64,000 nt of DNA from Candidatus Babeliales bacterium (GTDB lineage Bacteria; Babelota; Babeliae; Babelales; JANWKD01), in the NCBI GenBank assembly GCA_963722255.1, contig CAVRJO010000002.1:640001-704000 (forward strand). Direction: 5' to 3'. Position numbers and translations under genes: made by a program. The notes below the pieces were generated by a model. That model saw only the letters and a list, made by a program, of their open reading frames with translations. It had not been told where the DNA came from and ran no database searches. This document shows positions 32,601 to 42,112 of the stretch, in pieces. Position 1 is the stretch's first letter. Each line of letters begins with the position of its first letter.

Positions 32601-32733
32601 TAGGTTACGAACGGCAAAAGTCTTTCCAATTTGACGTGCCCCCCTCAAAAGCAGAGGCTTCCTGTTCTCATTTTTTTTCCATTCAACAAGATGCTTATCA
32701 ATAAGACGTTTCATAGGGCTCTTTCGTTTAATG

Positions 32734-32850
32734 ATGTTGAAAAATCAAACATGAATTAAGGAGTTCATGTCGGAAAATCAAACATACTTTACCAATTCTA
32801 TGCCGAAAAATCAAACATGTTTTAGAGTAAATATGTTGAAAAATCAAACA
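32734..32850. repeat. Four 18-bp direct repeats with exact 33-bp period
   Basis: ATGYYGRAAAATCAAACA starting at 32734, 32767, 32800 and 32833; 15-bp dissimilar spacers. Confidence 0.85.
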
Positions 32851-32980
32851 GGAAAGCCCTAATTTAAGCCAAAATACCTTTAAAATCATTGCTTTTACTA
32901 TTTTAAATTTGTTACTATAAAGATTAAACAGCATGCCTCTTCTTTAAAAATAACTATTTTCAATAGAAAAGGAAAAAACT

Positions 32981-33400
32981 ATGAATAGCCTAAAAACAGT
33001 CGCTTTGAGTATCATGTCCTTAGCAACTTTCACTAATATGTATTGTGCATTATATTATATCAAAAATGAGGGCACAACTCCTATAACAGTAAACATCAGA
33101 GTAACATCAAATGAACTTGGTGATAAACTATTTAATCCTGGCAATAAACGCATTTTATATGCTAAAGACCTTCAGCCTAATGCGCAGACTCAACTTAATG
33201 CAGGTGGCGGCTGGGAAGCTCGATCGGTTGGCCTCCTTGGCATAGACCTCGCTAATTCCACTGAAAAAAGCGGACCAGAAAAGGGTTGGCATTACTTTCC
33301 AGAATATACTTCCGCTGATTATGATATTACCTTCAATCAACCGAAAATAATGTTTAAAGATAATCGTTGGGAAATTAAATTTGCTCGACATAAATATTAA
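32981..33400 (+). CDS. Small secreted beta-rich protein, family member 1
   Basis: Signal peptide; YYIKNEG..PITVNI; LQPN..TQLNAGGG; terminal WEIK. Confidence 0.75.
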   Translation: MNSLKTVALSIMSLATFTNMYCALYYIKNEGTTPITVNIRVTSNELGDKLFNPGNKRILYAKDLQPNAQTQLNAGGGWEARSVGLLGIDLANSTEKSGPEKGWHYFPEYTSADYDITFNQPKIMFKDNRWEIKFARHKY

Positions 33401-33416
33401 AAAATAAAGGGAAAAA

Positions 33417-33857
33417 ATGCATACATTAAAAATAATCACTATCACCATTATGATATTGGCAACTTTCACTAACACTCATTGTGCATTATATACGGTTATA
33501 AATAATGGGGCAGCACCTGTGACGGTAAAGATTGATACTGAAACTAAGGATATTTTCGGCGATACTCAGATATCGGTAACCTTAACAGCTCAAGGACTTA
33601 ACCCTAGAGAATCTACTCAATTAGATGCAAAAGGAGGACACAATGCTTATCGTATTTATCTCCTTCCATCAGTACCAGGAAAAAATCTAAAACTCAAACC
33701 CTTACCTTTAACTAATGGCAATAGTAAAGAACGTGACGCATTATGGGTAAAATTTGATGAAGGCTCTGATTACACAATTAAACTTACTTCCAAACCTAAC
33801 CCCAGCCCCAACAATCCAAAGGCTTTATTATGGACTATTACGCCCAGTAAGAATTAA
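33417..33857 (+). CDS. Small secreted beta-rich protein, family member 2
   Basis: YTVINNG..PVTVKID; IYLLP; PNNPKALLWTI. Confidence 0.75.
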   Translation: MHTLKIITITIMILATFTNTHCALYTVINNGAAPVTVKIDTETKDIFGDTQISVTLTAQGLNPRESTQLDAKGGHNAYRIYLLPSVPGKNLKLKPLPLTNGNSKERDALWVKFDEGSDYTIKLTSKPNPSPNNPKALLWTITPSKN

Positions 33858-33875
33858 AAAATAAAGGAAATCACC

Positions 33876-34208
33876 GTGAAAACCATAAAAACACTTTTAT
33901 TCACTGCGATACTTTTAACAAGCACAAACTTATTAAGCTACACTGTTATAAATAATGGCAAAGAAGCGATAACAGTAAAAAACGATACAGGAGCTAAAAC
34001 CGAAACGGTAGAAGCACTTCAACCAGGCAAATCTACGCAACTATATTCATTTGGAACTAAAGAAATATACCTTCTCCCAGCTCGCCAGGAAAGTCGTCTT
34101 CAAAGACTAGGAACTTTAACAGAAAAAGATATACCAAAGGATGCTAACACTATTTATCTTACCCAAGATGACAAAAAGAAGTGGAGCATAAGAGCTGTTA
34201 AAAAGTAA
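33876..34208 (+). CDS. Small secreted beta-rich protein, family member 3
   Basis: GTG start with AAGGA; YTVINNG..ITVKND; IYLLP; WSI. Confidence 0.75.
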   Translation: MKTIKTLLFTAILLTSTNLLSYTVINNGKEAITVKNDTGAKTETVEALQPGKSTQLYSFGTKEIYLLPARQESRLQRLGTLTEKDIPKDANTIYLTQDDKKKWSIRAVKK

Positions 34209-34240
34209 AAAATCTTTTTGAAATTAAAAAGGAAACCGCC

Positions 34241-34678
34241 ATGAAAACCATAAAAATATTTGCTCTCAGCATAATAATGTTAGCAACATTCGCGCAAATA
34301 CACACAGCACAATTTAGAGTTTATAACCATGGATCTCGACCGGTGACGATAAAAATTGACCTTGAAAGCAGTAACCTTGCAGGATGGGGCGGGGGTAGAA
34401 CGATAACCTATGAAAATCTTCAGCCAAATAGCATGGGACATAAAGATGAAGGCGGTGGTTTCAAATTTGGTGAATTGTATCTTCTTCCGGGTAATCAAAA
34501 GGGTCCAAACCTTCCACGACAAAATATAAAACGATGGGATGGTACTATTATAAATGGATATACTACATCACAAGACTGGAAAGATGTGACCGTTGATCTC
34601 AAATCTGAACCTGATCCAAAAAATCCAAAAGAGGTGCTCTGGACGGTTGATCTTTATGAAGGCATTATTAATCTATAA
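34241..34678 (+). CDS. Small secreted beta-rich protein, family member 4
   Basis: VYNHG..PVTIKID; LYLLP; PDPKNPKEVLWTV. Confidence 0.75.
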   Translation: MKTIKIFALSIIMLATFAQIHTAQFRVYNHGSRPVTIKIDLESSNLAGWGGGRTITYENLQPNSMGHKDEGGGFKFGELYLLPGNQKGPNLPRQNIKRWDGTIINGYTTSQDWKDVTVDLKSEPDPKNPKEVLWTVDLYEGIINL

Positions 34679-34693
34679 TAGTAGCTTCCACTA

Positions 34694-36541
34694 TCAACCT
34701 TGCAGCTCTTCCCATTGCTGCATGAGATCTTCATATTCAAGCGTATATTTTTTTAATTTAGCTTGTGCTTGATTAAATTCTAAGGTTCCATACTGCAATT
34801 GCGTAAAACGCTCCTCAAGCTTTTTAATTGATTGCTCAAGATGCCGAATCTGATTCTCAACACTACTTAATTTTTTTTGAGCGTCAACTGTTATACTTTT
34901 TTTACTATCTACTTCTTGTACATTCTTTTGTTTCTCTTGAGCTGCAGGCTTTGAACCATTTTTTTGATACAGATACAAATCATAATCGCCATGATATAAA
35001 CGACTTCCTTGAGGTGTCAGCTCAATAATTTTAGTTGCCAACTGATTGATAAAATCTTGATCATGCGAAACAAAAAGGATCGTGCCTTTATACTGTTTTA
35101 AAGCACGCAATAAAACCTCTTTTGATTGCATATCTAAATGGTTTGTTGGTTCATCAAGTAAAAGAAAATTGGCATCCTGCAAAAGAACTTTTATCATACC
35201 AACTCTATTTTTTTCGCCACCACTTAAAACTTTAATTTTTTTATAGACATCATCATTAGAAAAAAGAAAAGCGCCCAAAATTGATCGCAATTGCCCCTGA
35301 GGTATTTTAGGGCAAAAATCCTCAAGCGCATCAATAATAGTTTTTTCTAAAGGTAACGCTGCCGTCTGATCTTGATCAAACACTGCTTTAGAAACATTAT
35401 GGCCAAAATCAATTGATCCTTGTTGCTTAGGATAAATACCGGCAATAAGATTAAAAAGAGTTGTTTTACCTGCACCATTGGGAGCAATAAGGGCAACTTT
35501 ATCCCCCCGCTCAAGCTCGAAGGTGACATTTTTAAAAAGTTGTTTATCAGCAAATGCGTAAGCAACATGTGCAACTTTTAAAACAACTTTTCCTGAAGGC
35601 TGAATAGGCGGAAAGTTAATTACAACATTTTTCGTTGTTGGCGGAAGCACAATACGTTCAACTTTTTCAAGCGCTTTAATCATACTTTGTGCCATTTTAG
35701 CTTTTGAAGCAGAAGCACGAAACCGATCAATAGTTTTTTGTTTGGCTTGGATTTCTTTTTGTTGCTGCAAATATGCTGCTTCAAGCAATAAAAGATCATG
35801 CTCTTTTTGTTGTTCATAACGAGTATAATTACCCGTATACATCTTTGCCTTACCAGATTCTAGCTCTAAAATCTTTGTACATAACGAATTTAAAAAATAA
35901 CGTTCATGGCATACAATAATAAAGCCGAATGATGCATTTTTCAAAAATTGCATAAACCATTCTTTTGCTACAATATCAAGATGGTTAGTTGGCTCATCAA
36001 AAAGGTAAAAGTCAGCTTTTTGTAATAATAGTTTTGCTAAAACTATGCGCATTTTCCATCCAACGCTTAATTGTGCAACAGGTTGATCCAATTGTGTTGG
36101 CAAGAAACCCAACCCGATCAAAAGCTCATGAACTTCAGCTTTGACTTTATTGGGACTCTGTTCAGCAAGCTTAGCTTGTAAAAGCGCATATCGCTCTATG
36201 CAATCTATATCTTTTTCTTTCTCAATAAGAGCTTCAAGACGTTGTGATTCCTGCAATAAAGCAACGATATCTCCACATGCTGAAAAGGTTTCATCGAAGA
36301 TTGATTTTTCTGAAAGCAACACCACTTCTTGCGGGAAATAGGCAATAGTTTTATTTTTCTCAAGAGAGATTGATGGATTATTTTCATATAACGATTGGGC
36401 TATTAAGGAAAGCAAGGTTGATTTCCCTGTACCATTACGCCCAACCAACCCTATTCTGTCATGGGCGCCAATAGAACAAGAAATATGATCATAAATCTTT
36501 TGATCACCAAAAGAGAGCGTTAAATCATTAATGTATATCAT
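34694..36541 (-). CDS. ABC-F family ATPase
   Basis: Two NBDs (GRNGTGKST, APNGAGKTT, DEPTNHLD twice), no TM segments, C-terminal coiled coil. Confidence 0.92.
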   Translation of the reverse strand: MIYINDLTLSFGDQKIYDHISCSIGAHDRIGLVGRNGTGKSTLLSLIAQSLYENNPSISLEKNKTIAYFPQEVVLLSEKSIFDETFSACGDIVALLQESQRLEALIEKEKDIDCIERYALLQAKLAEQSPNKVKAEVHELLIGLGFLPTQLDQPVAQLSVGWKMRIVLAKLLLQKADFYLFDEPTNHLDIVAKEWFMQFLKNASFGFIIVCHERYFLNSLCTKILELESGKAKMYTGNYTRYEQQKEHDLLLLEAAYLQQQKEIQAKQKTIDRFRASASKAKMAQSMIKALEKVERIVLPPTTKNVVINFPPIQPSGKVVLKVAHVAYAFADKQLFKNVTFELERGDKVALIAPNGAGKTTLFNLIAGIYPKQQGSIDFGHNVSKAVFDQDQTAALPLEKTIIDALEDFCPKIPQGQLRSILGAFLFSNDDVYKKIKVLSGGEKNRVGMIKVLLQDANFLLLDEPTNHLDMQSKEVLLRALKQYKGTILFVSHDQDFINQLATKIIELTPQGSRLYHGDYDLYLYQKNGSKPAAQEKQKNVQEVDSKKSITVDAQKKLSSVENQIRHLEQSIKKLEERFTQLQYGTLEFNQAQAKLKKYTLEYEDLMQQWEELQG

Positions 36542-36607
36542 AATAGTAATAGTATATAACAGGTTGCATCGATAATCCAGTTGCCTAACAACCTGTTATA
36601 AAACTGA

Positions 36608-37363
36608 CTATGATAGTAGACATCTAACCGTATTTTTGGAGACTCTTTGTTGTTTTAAAGTCTCAACAATTGTAGAACGATTATAACGGGCAGCAACCTC
36701 AATTGCTTTCGAAAGGGTTTCTTTTTTATTTTCTCCTTCGAGTGCACCATTTTTTAGAAGAATTGTTACTATAGACATTTCACCAACTTCGCACGCTAAA
36801 ACTAAAGGAACCGACCCAACCAAATTAGGTATTGTTACATCTATTTTTTCTTTTTTTACCAAATATTTTACAGCTTGTTTATGTTTTGCACATATTGCCC
36901 ATTCTAGCATTTTCTTTTTGAAAAAATCTTTATGTTCCGAATCAATGAGAAGCAACCACGATGCTGCTATAATTTTATTTGCTGTTAATGCTTCAGAATC
37001 AAGATTATTACTTACTCCCTGCAAGCAGGGGCCATTAAGTTTTTTTTCTCCAGAGCATGGAATTGCCTTTTGATAAATATTCCATGCATTACATAAAATA
37101 TCTCTATAGATGGTTCTTGTTTCGTCAACCTCATCTATTTCTTTCTCATAGCCTGGCATGTTCTTTGATTCTGCTAAAAATAGTTGTAATTCATTGGCAA
37201 GCTTTTGAGCTTCTTCCATCCATTCTGGGTGACGAGGAGTCTCTGTACGCAAAGAACTCGATGAATCCGTTAATTCTCCCGATTCCATCGAAGAGTGCAT
37301 TGCACATAAAGAAGAAATCATTGTCACCATAAAAAGTAAGAGTAAATTTTTTTTCATATTCAT
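36608..37363 (-). CDS. Secreted ankyrin-repeat protein ending in a CaaX-like motif (CLLS)
   Basis: GSVPLVLACEVG..SIVTILLKNGA; C-terminus RCLLS. Confidence 0.8.
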   Translation of the reverse strand: MNMKKNLLLLFMVTMISSLCAMHSSMESGELTDSSSSLRTETPRHPEWMEEAQKLANELQLFLAESKNMPGYEKEIDEVDETRTIYRDILCNAWNIYQKAIPCSGEKKLNGPCLQGVSNNLDSEALTANKIIAASWLLLIDSEHKDFFKKKMLEWAICAKHKQAVKYLVKKEKIDVTIPNLVGSVPLVLACEVGEMSIVTILLKNGALEGENKKETLSKAIEVAARYNRSTIVETLKQQRVSKNTVRCLLS

Positions 37364-37506
37364 CCCTTTTTTGAATTTTGCATTAACCCCAATAAAATAT
37401 TTTTAGTAAAACATTTTTAATATTTATATATATTTTCAATGTACAGTATGCAATAAAAACGATACAAAAATAAAGACTATTGTTATTGTGTATATTTTAT
37501 TAGAAA

Positions 37507-39591
37507 TTACTGGTCGTTGCGTACGCTCGCTTGTATCTCACTAATCTTATGTTGTAGTTCAAGCACAAATAGATCAGTAGAAAGTGGCGTAACTTCAACT
37601 CCATAGTCCCATGGCCAATCTGCTGGGTTACGAGATTCTTCAAGACGAGATATACGATTAAACCATGCACCATCATGAAATTGTGCAACCTCGCCTATAA
37701 GATTAAAATCTTCTATAGTTTTAAATTTTGAAAGTAATAATGCAGGAAGATGATAGGCGTAAATCCCATTTTTTATAAGCCATGAATAATGGCAATAAAA
37801 ATCATTATTAAATGTCGCAAGGATTATTGGCCTTTTACAAGAACTTAAACCTGCAAGAAACCCTTTGTAAAACCAGGTATGAGGTAAATGAATATCATAA
37901 ACACCAATAAGTAGATTCGGTAACTTTTTAATAATATGATTTTTAATAATAAGTCCGATTTCATAGGCCTTTTTTTGCAAGACGGTAAAATAATAGTCAA
38001 ATAAATTATTTTTCAGCAAATAGGCAATTCGAGCAGGTATATCATTGATTTTATGGCATGCTTTATTTCGATATACATCACAAAATACGTGCCACGCTAA
38101 GTCTGAAAAATCCATACACGTAAGATAATGGCCCGCCTGATCTTGAGCATGATACATTTCTAAGTCAATGAAAATTCCCGCTAAAGGAATGCCATGAGAA
38201 ATGGATGGCCATTGCGCAATGAGTTTATCAAAAACATCTAACAACTCCTTTTTCCAAAAATTTTCAAAATCAAGCGGAGAGGGAATTTTTGTATATACCT
38301 GTGCATAACAATCCACAGCAGGATTTTTTACGCTGGTGTTTAAATAATTGCATGTTACTTCAGTCCCCACGAAAAATTTAGGAATTTGTTGCGTTTCTGA
38401 AAGTTTTTGCAACTTTTCTGTTACCAAGCTAATACGTTGCAAGAAATCATTTTTTTCTTTTTTTTTCAACCCTGATTGAGCCAAATAGCATTCAGGATTC
38501 ATTTGAAACCAAATAAGATTCAATTTAGAGTCAACAACTGATTTTACTGCCAGATCTTTAGTGTATACATCTAACACACCCCAACCACACCAGAGTAAAT
38601 CTCGTTCTACCCAGTCATATAATGGTTGCTCAATATGTGAAGAACGCTGAGCTCGTAATCTTTTTTTTGCATTAAGCAAATACTCTTTTGAAAAGGTACG
38701 TGGTAGATTTAATGGAGGTGCAGAAGATGTTCTTGACAATTTTCCAACGACACAAACTCTATACAACTCATATAAAAGCTGCTGTAACTCTTTTAATCGA
38801 TCAAATCGCAGATTAAACTCAAGAGGATTATATATAAAATTTTCACCAATATCAGAAAACAACATCAAACTTTCTTTAGTAATCAAATAATGTTTACCAG
38901 TTTTTTGTTCAGCACAATACCATGCCAAAGGAGGCAAAGAATGGTATCTATGAAATGGCAAATGGCCAGCTATAATCGTATCTGTTGTTTCATCAACACA
39001 ATTTGGTATTTTTAATTTTGTTTTACACTCAACATAATTTTCATTCTTTTCATGCTTTGTAAGCAATGTTGTGTGGTAGTGAATACTTCGCTTGCTATCA
39101 GATTGCATAAGCTCTTGCAAAAAACTACATAATGATTTTTTTATTGCTTTATCAGTTTCAAAAATAGGCAATGTCAATTCTAACGCATTCTTACATGAAC
39201 TTTTTATAGTATCTCCCATCCTTGATGGCAACATAAATCCTAAAAGCCTATTCTTTTTTTTGCTCAACATCGACAACAAAGAAACAATTTTTTGTGTAAT
39301 TAGACTTGCTTTTTCAATTGTTTCTTTGTTTTTATTATAGTCTCCAACAAAGTGGCTATCGAGATTCACAAAAACACAACCATATGAATCAATTGCATTT
39401 GGACAAATATTGTAAAAGCTTTTTACTTCAGCTTTAAATCCAACAGATTTGACAAGCTCAAGAAAATTTTTATATATATATGGATCATTAAAACCAGTAT
39501 CAATAATAAGCATTCGATCATATGCACCAAATAGGTGTGTACCATGAGCCATACTTATAAATACATACAGTAGTCGTATTTTTATGTTCAA
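37507..39591 (-). CDS. Large secreted hypothetical protein, possible C-terminal TIM-barrel glycoside-hydrolase-like domain
   Basis: 694-aa ORF; PSPLD..FW, GIFIDLEMYH; domain call tentative. Confidence 0.6.
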   Translation of the reverse strand: MNIKIRLLYVFISMAHGTHLFGAYDRMLIIDTGFNDPYIYKNFLELVKSVGFKAEVKSFYNICPNAIDSYGCVFVNLDSHFVGDYNKNKETIEKASLITQKIVSLLSMLSKKKNRLLGFMLPSRMGDTIKSSCKNALELTLPIFETDKAIKKSLCSFLQELMQSDSKRSIHYHTTLLTKHEKNENYVECKTKLKIPNCVDETTDTIIAGHLPFHRYHSLPPLAWYCAEQKTGKHYLITKESLMLFSDIGENFIYNPLEFNLRFDRLKELQQLLYELYRVCVVGKLSRTSSAPPLNLPRTFSKEYLLNAKKRLRAQRSSHIEQPLYDWVERDLLWCGWGVLDVYTKDLAVKSVVDSKLNLIWFQMNPECYLAQSGLKKKEKNDFLQRISLVTEKLQKLSETQQIPKFFVGTEVTCNYLNTSVKNPAVDCYAQVYTKIPSPLDFENFWKKELLDVFDKLIAQWPSISHGIPLAGIFIDLEMYHAQDQAGHYLTCMDFSDLAWHVFCDVYRNKACHKINDIPARIAYLLKNNLFDYYFTVLQKKAYEIGLIIKNHIIKKLPNLLIGVYDIHLPHTWFYKGFLAGLSSCKRPIILATFNNDFYCHYSWLIKNGIYAYHLPALLLSKFKTIEDFNLIGEVAQFHDGAWFNRISRLEESRNPADWPWDYGVEVTPLSTDLFVLELQHKISEIQASVRNDQ

Positions 39592-39630
39592 AATATTCCT
39601 TAGAAACGGGTCGCAAATAACAACAATCTA

Positions 39631-40008
39631 TTAGACTTCACAACTTCTGCAAAGCTCAATAATTTTTATTATAAGCTCTTCTTGACGCGCTTTAGATAAT
39701 CCAGAACGAGTTATTACATGAGCAAGATTATTAATCCCATTTAAAATATTATATGCATTTTGTTTAGCTTCCGGAATATTATGAGGATCCATAAAAAGTT
39801 TTACAAAATTAACGACAATACCAACAAAGTTGGTAAACATGAGATAATCTCTATCTTTTTCCGAAAGAGGCTTTTGTATTTCTGCACTCATACTGCTATT
39901 TTTTGACAATACCAAATTTTTAGGAGCACTGGTTCTTGATCGAGGTGCAGCAACAATAAGAGCTGGAAAGAAAAAGAGAAAAACAAAATGGATCATTACT
40001 TTTTTCAT
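39631..40008 (-). CDS. Secreted hypothetical protein
   Basis: Signal peptide; AGGGG upstream. Confidence 0.6.
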   Translation of the reverse strand: MKKVMIHFVFLFFFPALIVAAPRSRTSAPKNLVLSKNSSMSAEIQKPLSEKDRDYLMFTNFVGIVVNFVKLFMDPHNIPEAKQNAYNILNGINNLAHVITRSGLSKARQEELIIKIIELCRSCEV

Positions 40009-40076
40009 AAATACCCCTTTTTACATGGATTTTTTTATTTACTTTAAAAAGTAGATGATTTAAAAGTCAAGAATGC

Positions 40077-40358
40077 TTATTCTTTATGAAAAATCTTTCG
40101 CAATTCAACTTTTGCTTGCTCTAACCTTTGTCTATCAGTATCAGCAAGCTTTTTTCCAGCGCGATTAATATAAAAATTAAGCATGGACATCGCAGATTGA
40201 AATTTTGTACCTTTGGTTCTATTGCTTTCTAAGACAGCCTTTTTTAAACCTTGTGCGATAGTTTTTGAAGAACGGGTAAAAAGACCTTCGGGAATATCCA
40301 TGGCAAATGAAGTTTCTTGTACCTTTTTTACCCACAGCTTTTTCTTTGATTTAACCAT
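40077..40358 (-). CDS. DUF3175-family protein
   Basis: W..KV.ETS.AMD...GLFT, SAMSMLNFYINRAGK, LEQAK.ELR. Confidence 0.8.
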   Translation of the reverse strand: MVKSKKKLWVKKVQETSFAMDIPEGLFTRSSKTIAQGLKKAVLESNRTKGTKFQSAMSMLNFYINRAGKKLADTDRQRLEQAKVELRKIFHKE

Positions 40359-40481
40359 GCTACTTTCATTAAAATCTATACATACATCATGAGCTTTATA
40401 TATATCCTATAATGTTCATACTAAAATATGGTATAGTTCAACTAATAACCATAAAATACTGTAGAATGAAATAGCAAAGCA

Positions 40482-41195
40482 ATGCAAAAAATCAAAAAGC
40501 TTTTTCCCTTAATTACTACAAAGAAACTAACTTTATTGCTCATTATAATTGCCCTTATTGGTCTTTATTTTTGTTATATTCATCCCTATGCTTCGTTTGA
40601 AAACTTCAAAAAAAACATAGAGATCATTGAGAAATTTGTTGCGCTACATTATTATAGTGCGCTACTTATTTACTGCTCTACCTACATCATTGTAGTTGCG
40701 CTCTCATTGCCTGTAGCATTATTAATGTCTCTTATAGGCGGATTTTTATTTGGTAGCTTTTTTGGAGCATTTTTAGTTACTCTCAGTGCTACACTTGGTG
40801 CAACAGTCGCATTTCTTATTGTACGCTATGTGGCAGGAAACTATTTTCAGAATCGCTACAAAAAAGAACTGATTACCTTTAATCGTGAAATTGCACATTA
40901 TGGAATATTTTATTTAATTTTAGTGCACTTTTTTCCGTTCATACCTTTTTTTGTCATCAATATTCTCAGTGCACTAACTAAAATATCGGTACTAACGTTT
41001 ATTATTACAACAGCTCTGGGAATAGCACCCATTACACTTCTGTACACAACCATTGGTCATCAACTTGCAATGATTGAAACCTACCCAACCTATATAGTAA
41101 AAATCCTCGTGCTTCTTACATTTATTGCTCTATTACTTTTAGGTATTTTTATTATAGTACGAAAAATAAAAGCAAAAAAAGACGAAAAAAAATAG
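40482..41195 (+). CDS. TVP38/TMEM64 (DedA/VTT) membrane protein
   Basis: GGFLFG, SATLGATVAFLIVRY, PFIPF..IN. Confidence 0.85.
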   Translation: MQKIKKLFPLITTKKLTLLLIIIALIGLYFCYIHPYASFENFKKNIEIIEKFVALHYYSALLIYCSTYIIVVALSLPVALLMSLIGGFLFGSFFGAFLVTLSATLGATVAFLIVRYVAGNYFQNRYKKELITFNREIAHYGIFYLILVHFFPFIPFFVINILSALTKISVLTFIITTALGIAPITLLYTTIGHQLAMIETYPTYIVKILVLLTFIALLLLGIFIIVRKIKAKKDEKK

Positions 41196-41359
41196 TAGGT
41201 CTTTTTTTAAAAAAATAGGTTTTTGTCTCTTATGAAACATTGAATAGAAATGGAATATTTTTAATAAAGGTATTGCATGCCCAACATCTTTATAAAAAAA
41301 ATCTTAATTAAAAGGAATTAGGGTTATAGGGATTTTATAGCAGAAAAATACCTAAGATA

Positions 41360-42112
41360 TTATCTGCTGCTTTTTAAATCTTGAATATACGTTTCAAATA
41401 AATGTTCATAAGGAATAAAAAAAGTGTCACCACTTTTTATCTCATTTTTTATTGAGCTATCATAATATTCTAATGCTTTAATTGCAGCATCTTTGTTATT
41501 CAATTTTTGCAAAACCAAGTCATGTATCTTTTTATCATGAAGTTTACCAAAATACTGTTTTACTTTTATTTGTAATGGATCAAGCAGTATAAATTCGGAT
41601 ATCCCAACAATAACACATACCATGAGAATTCGAATCCAGATGCTTTGCTTTTTTAAAGCAGTCTTACCAAGAATCCAATATATAAGGAGCAGTAAAAGCA
41701 ATGAAATGACAATAAACGCATAGTTAATAATGGTAAAACTAGTTGGAGTAACTCCATGTTTTAAAAGCAACAAATTACGTCCAATCAAAAAAAGCTGTTG
41801 GTCTTCAGGCAGTTGAAAAAACCATTCAGGGTTTATGATAAGTAAAGGATTTTTTGTGAATGGATTCATTGTGTAACCAGCAAATTTATTCCAAGGATTA
41901 ATCTCAATTCCGGCTTTTTTGGGCACCACAACCTCATAATCAGAAGTAAAATCAACGTCTTTGGCAGCTTTTTCTACCAGAGAAACCACATTTTCCGGTG
42001 CTTGCATAGAATAAGCATCTTCTTGAAAAGGTATATTCTTTGCTTGAGCAGTTGTTATAACCATCATTCCGACAAGAATGCTCCCTAGAATATTCTTTTT
42101 TATAGTAATCAT
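41360..42112 (-). CDS. M48-like membrane protein without HExxH
   Basis: QQLFLIGRNLLLL aligns to EQRFLIGHELVH of the upstream gene; ATGA overlap. Confidence 0.6.
   Translation of the reverse strand: MITIKKNILGSILVGMMVITTAQAKNIPFQEDAYSMQAPENVVSLVEKAAKDVDFTSDYEVVVPKKAGIEINPWNKFAGYTMNPFTKNPLLIINPEWFFQLPEDQQLFLIGRNLLLLKHGVTPTSFTIINYAFIVISLLLLLLIYWILGKTALKKQSIWIRILMVCVIVGISEFILLDPLQIKVKQYFGKLHDKKIHDLVLQKLNNKDAAIKALEYYDSSIKNEIKSGDTFFIPYEHLFETYIQDLKSSR

Larger units (their letters stand above)
30546..32714 (-). pseudogene. AAA_14 ATPase with DUF4143 / nuclease-like C-terminus, interrupted by IS5
   Basis: Rejoined MKRLIDKHL...GARQIGKTFAVRNL|GKSF...FFDEIQ; IGGMP; EIDY...PIEVKS. Confidence 0.88.

Noticed and set aside
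32734..32850. CRISPR array
   Set aside because: 18-bp repeats and 15-bp spacers are too short, the repeats are not palindromic, and there are no cas genes in the window
32728..32934. 68-aa ORF with CLIFxH repeats as a real gene
   Set aside because: Explained by a DNA repeat whose period is a multiple of 3; not listed as a CDS, though not excluded
32981..34678. Integron cassette array or DGR targets
   Set aside because: Intergenic gaps of 16-32 bp hold only RBSs; no attC sites, integrase, reverse transcriptase or template repeat seen
36555..36600. tataacaggttg / caacctgttata hairpin before ABC-F as an attenuator
   Set aside because: No leader ORF or U-tract seen; may simply end the upstream ankyrin transcript
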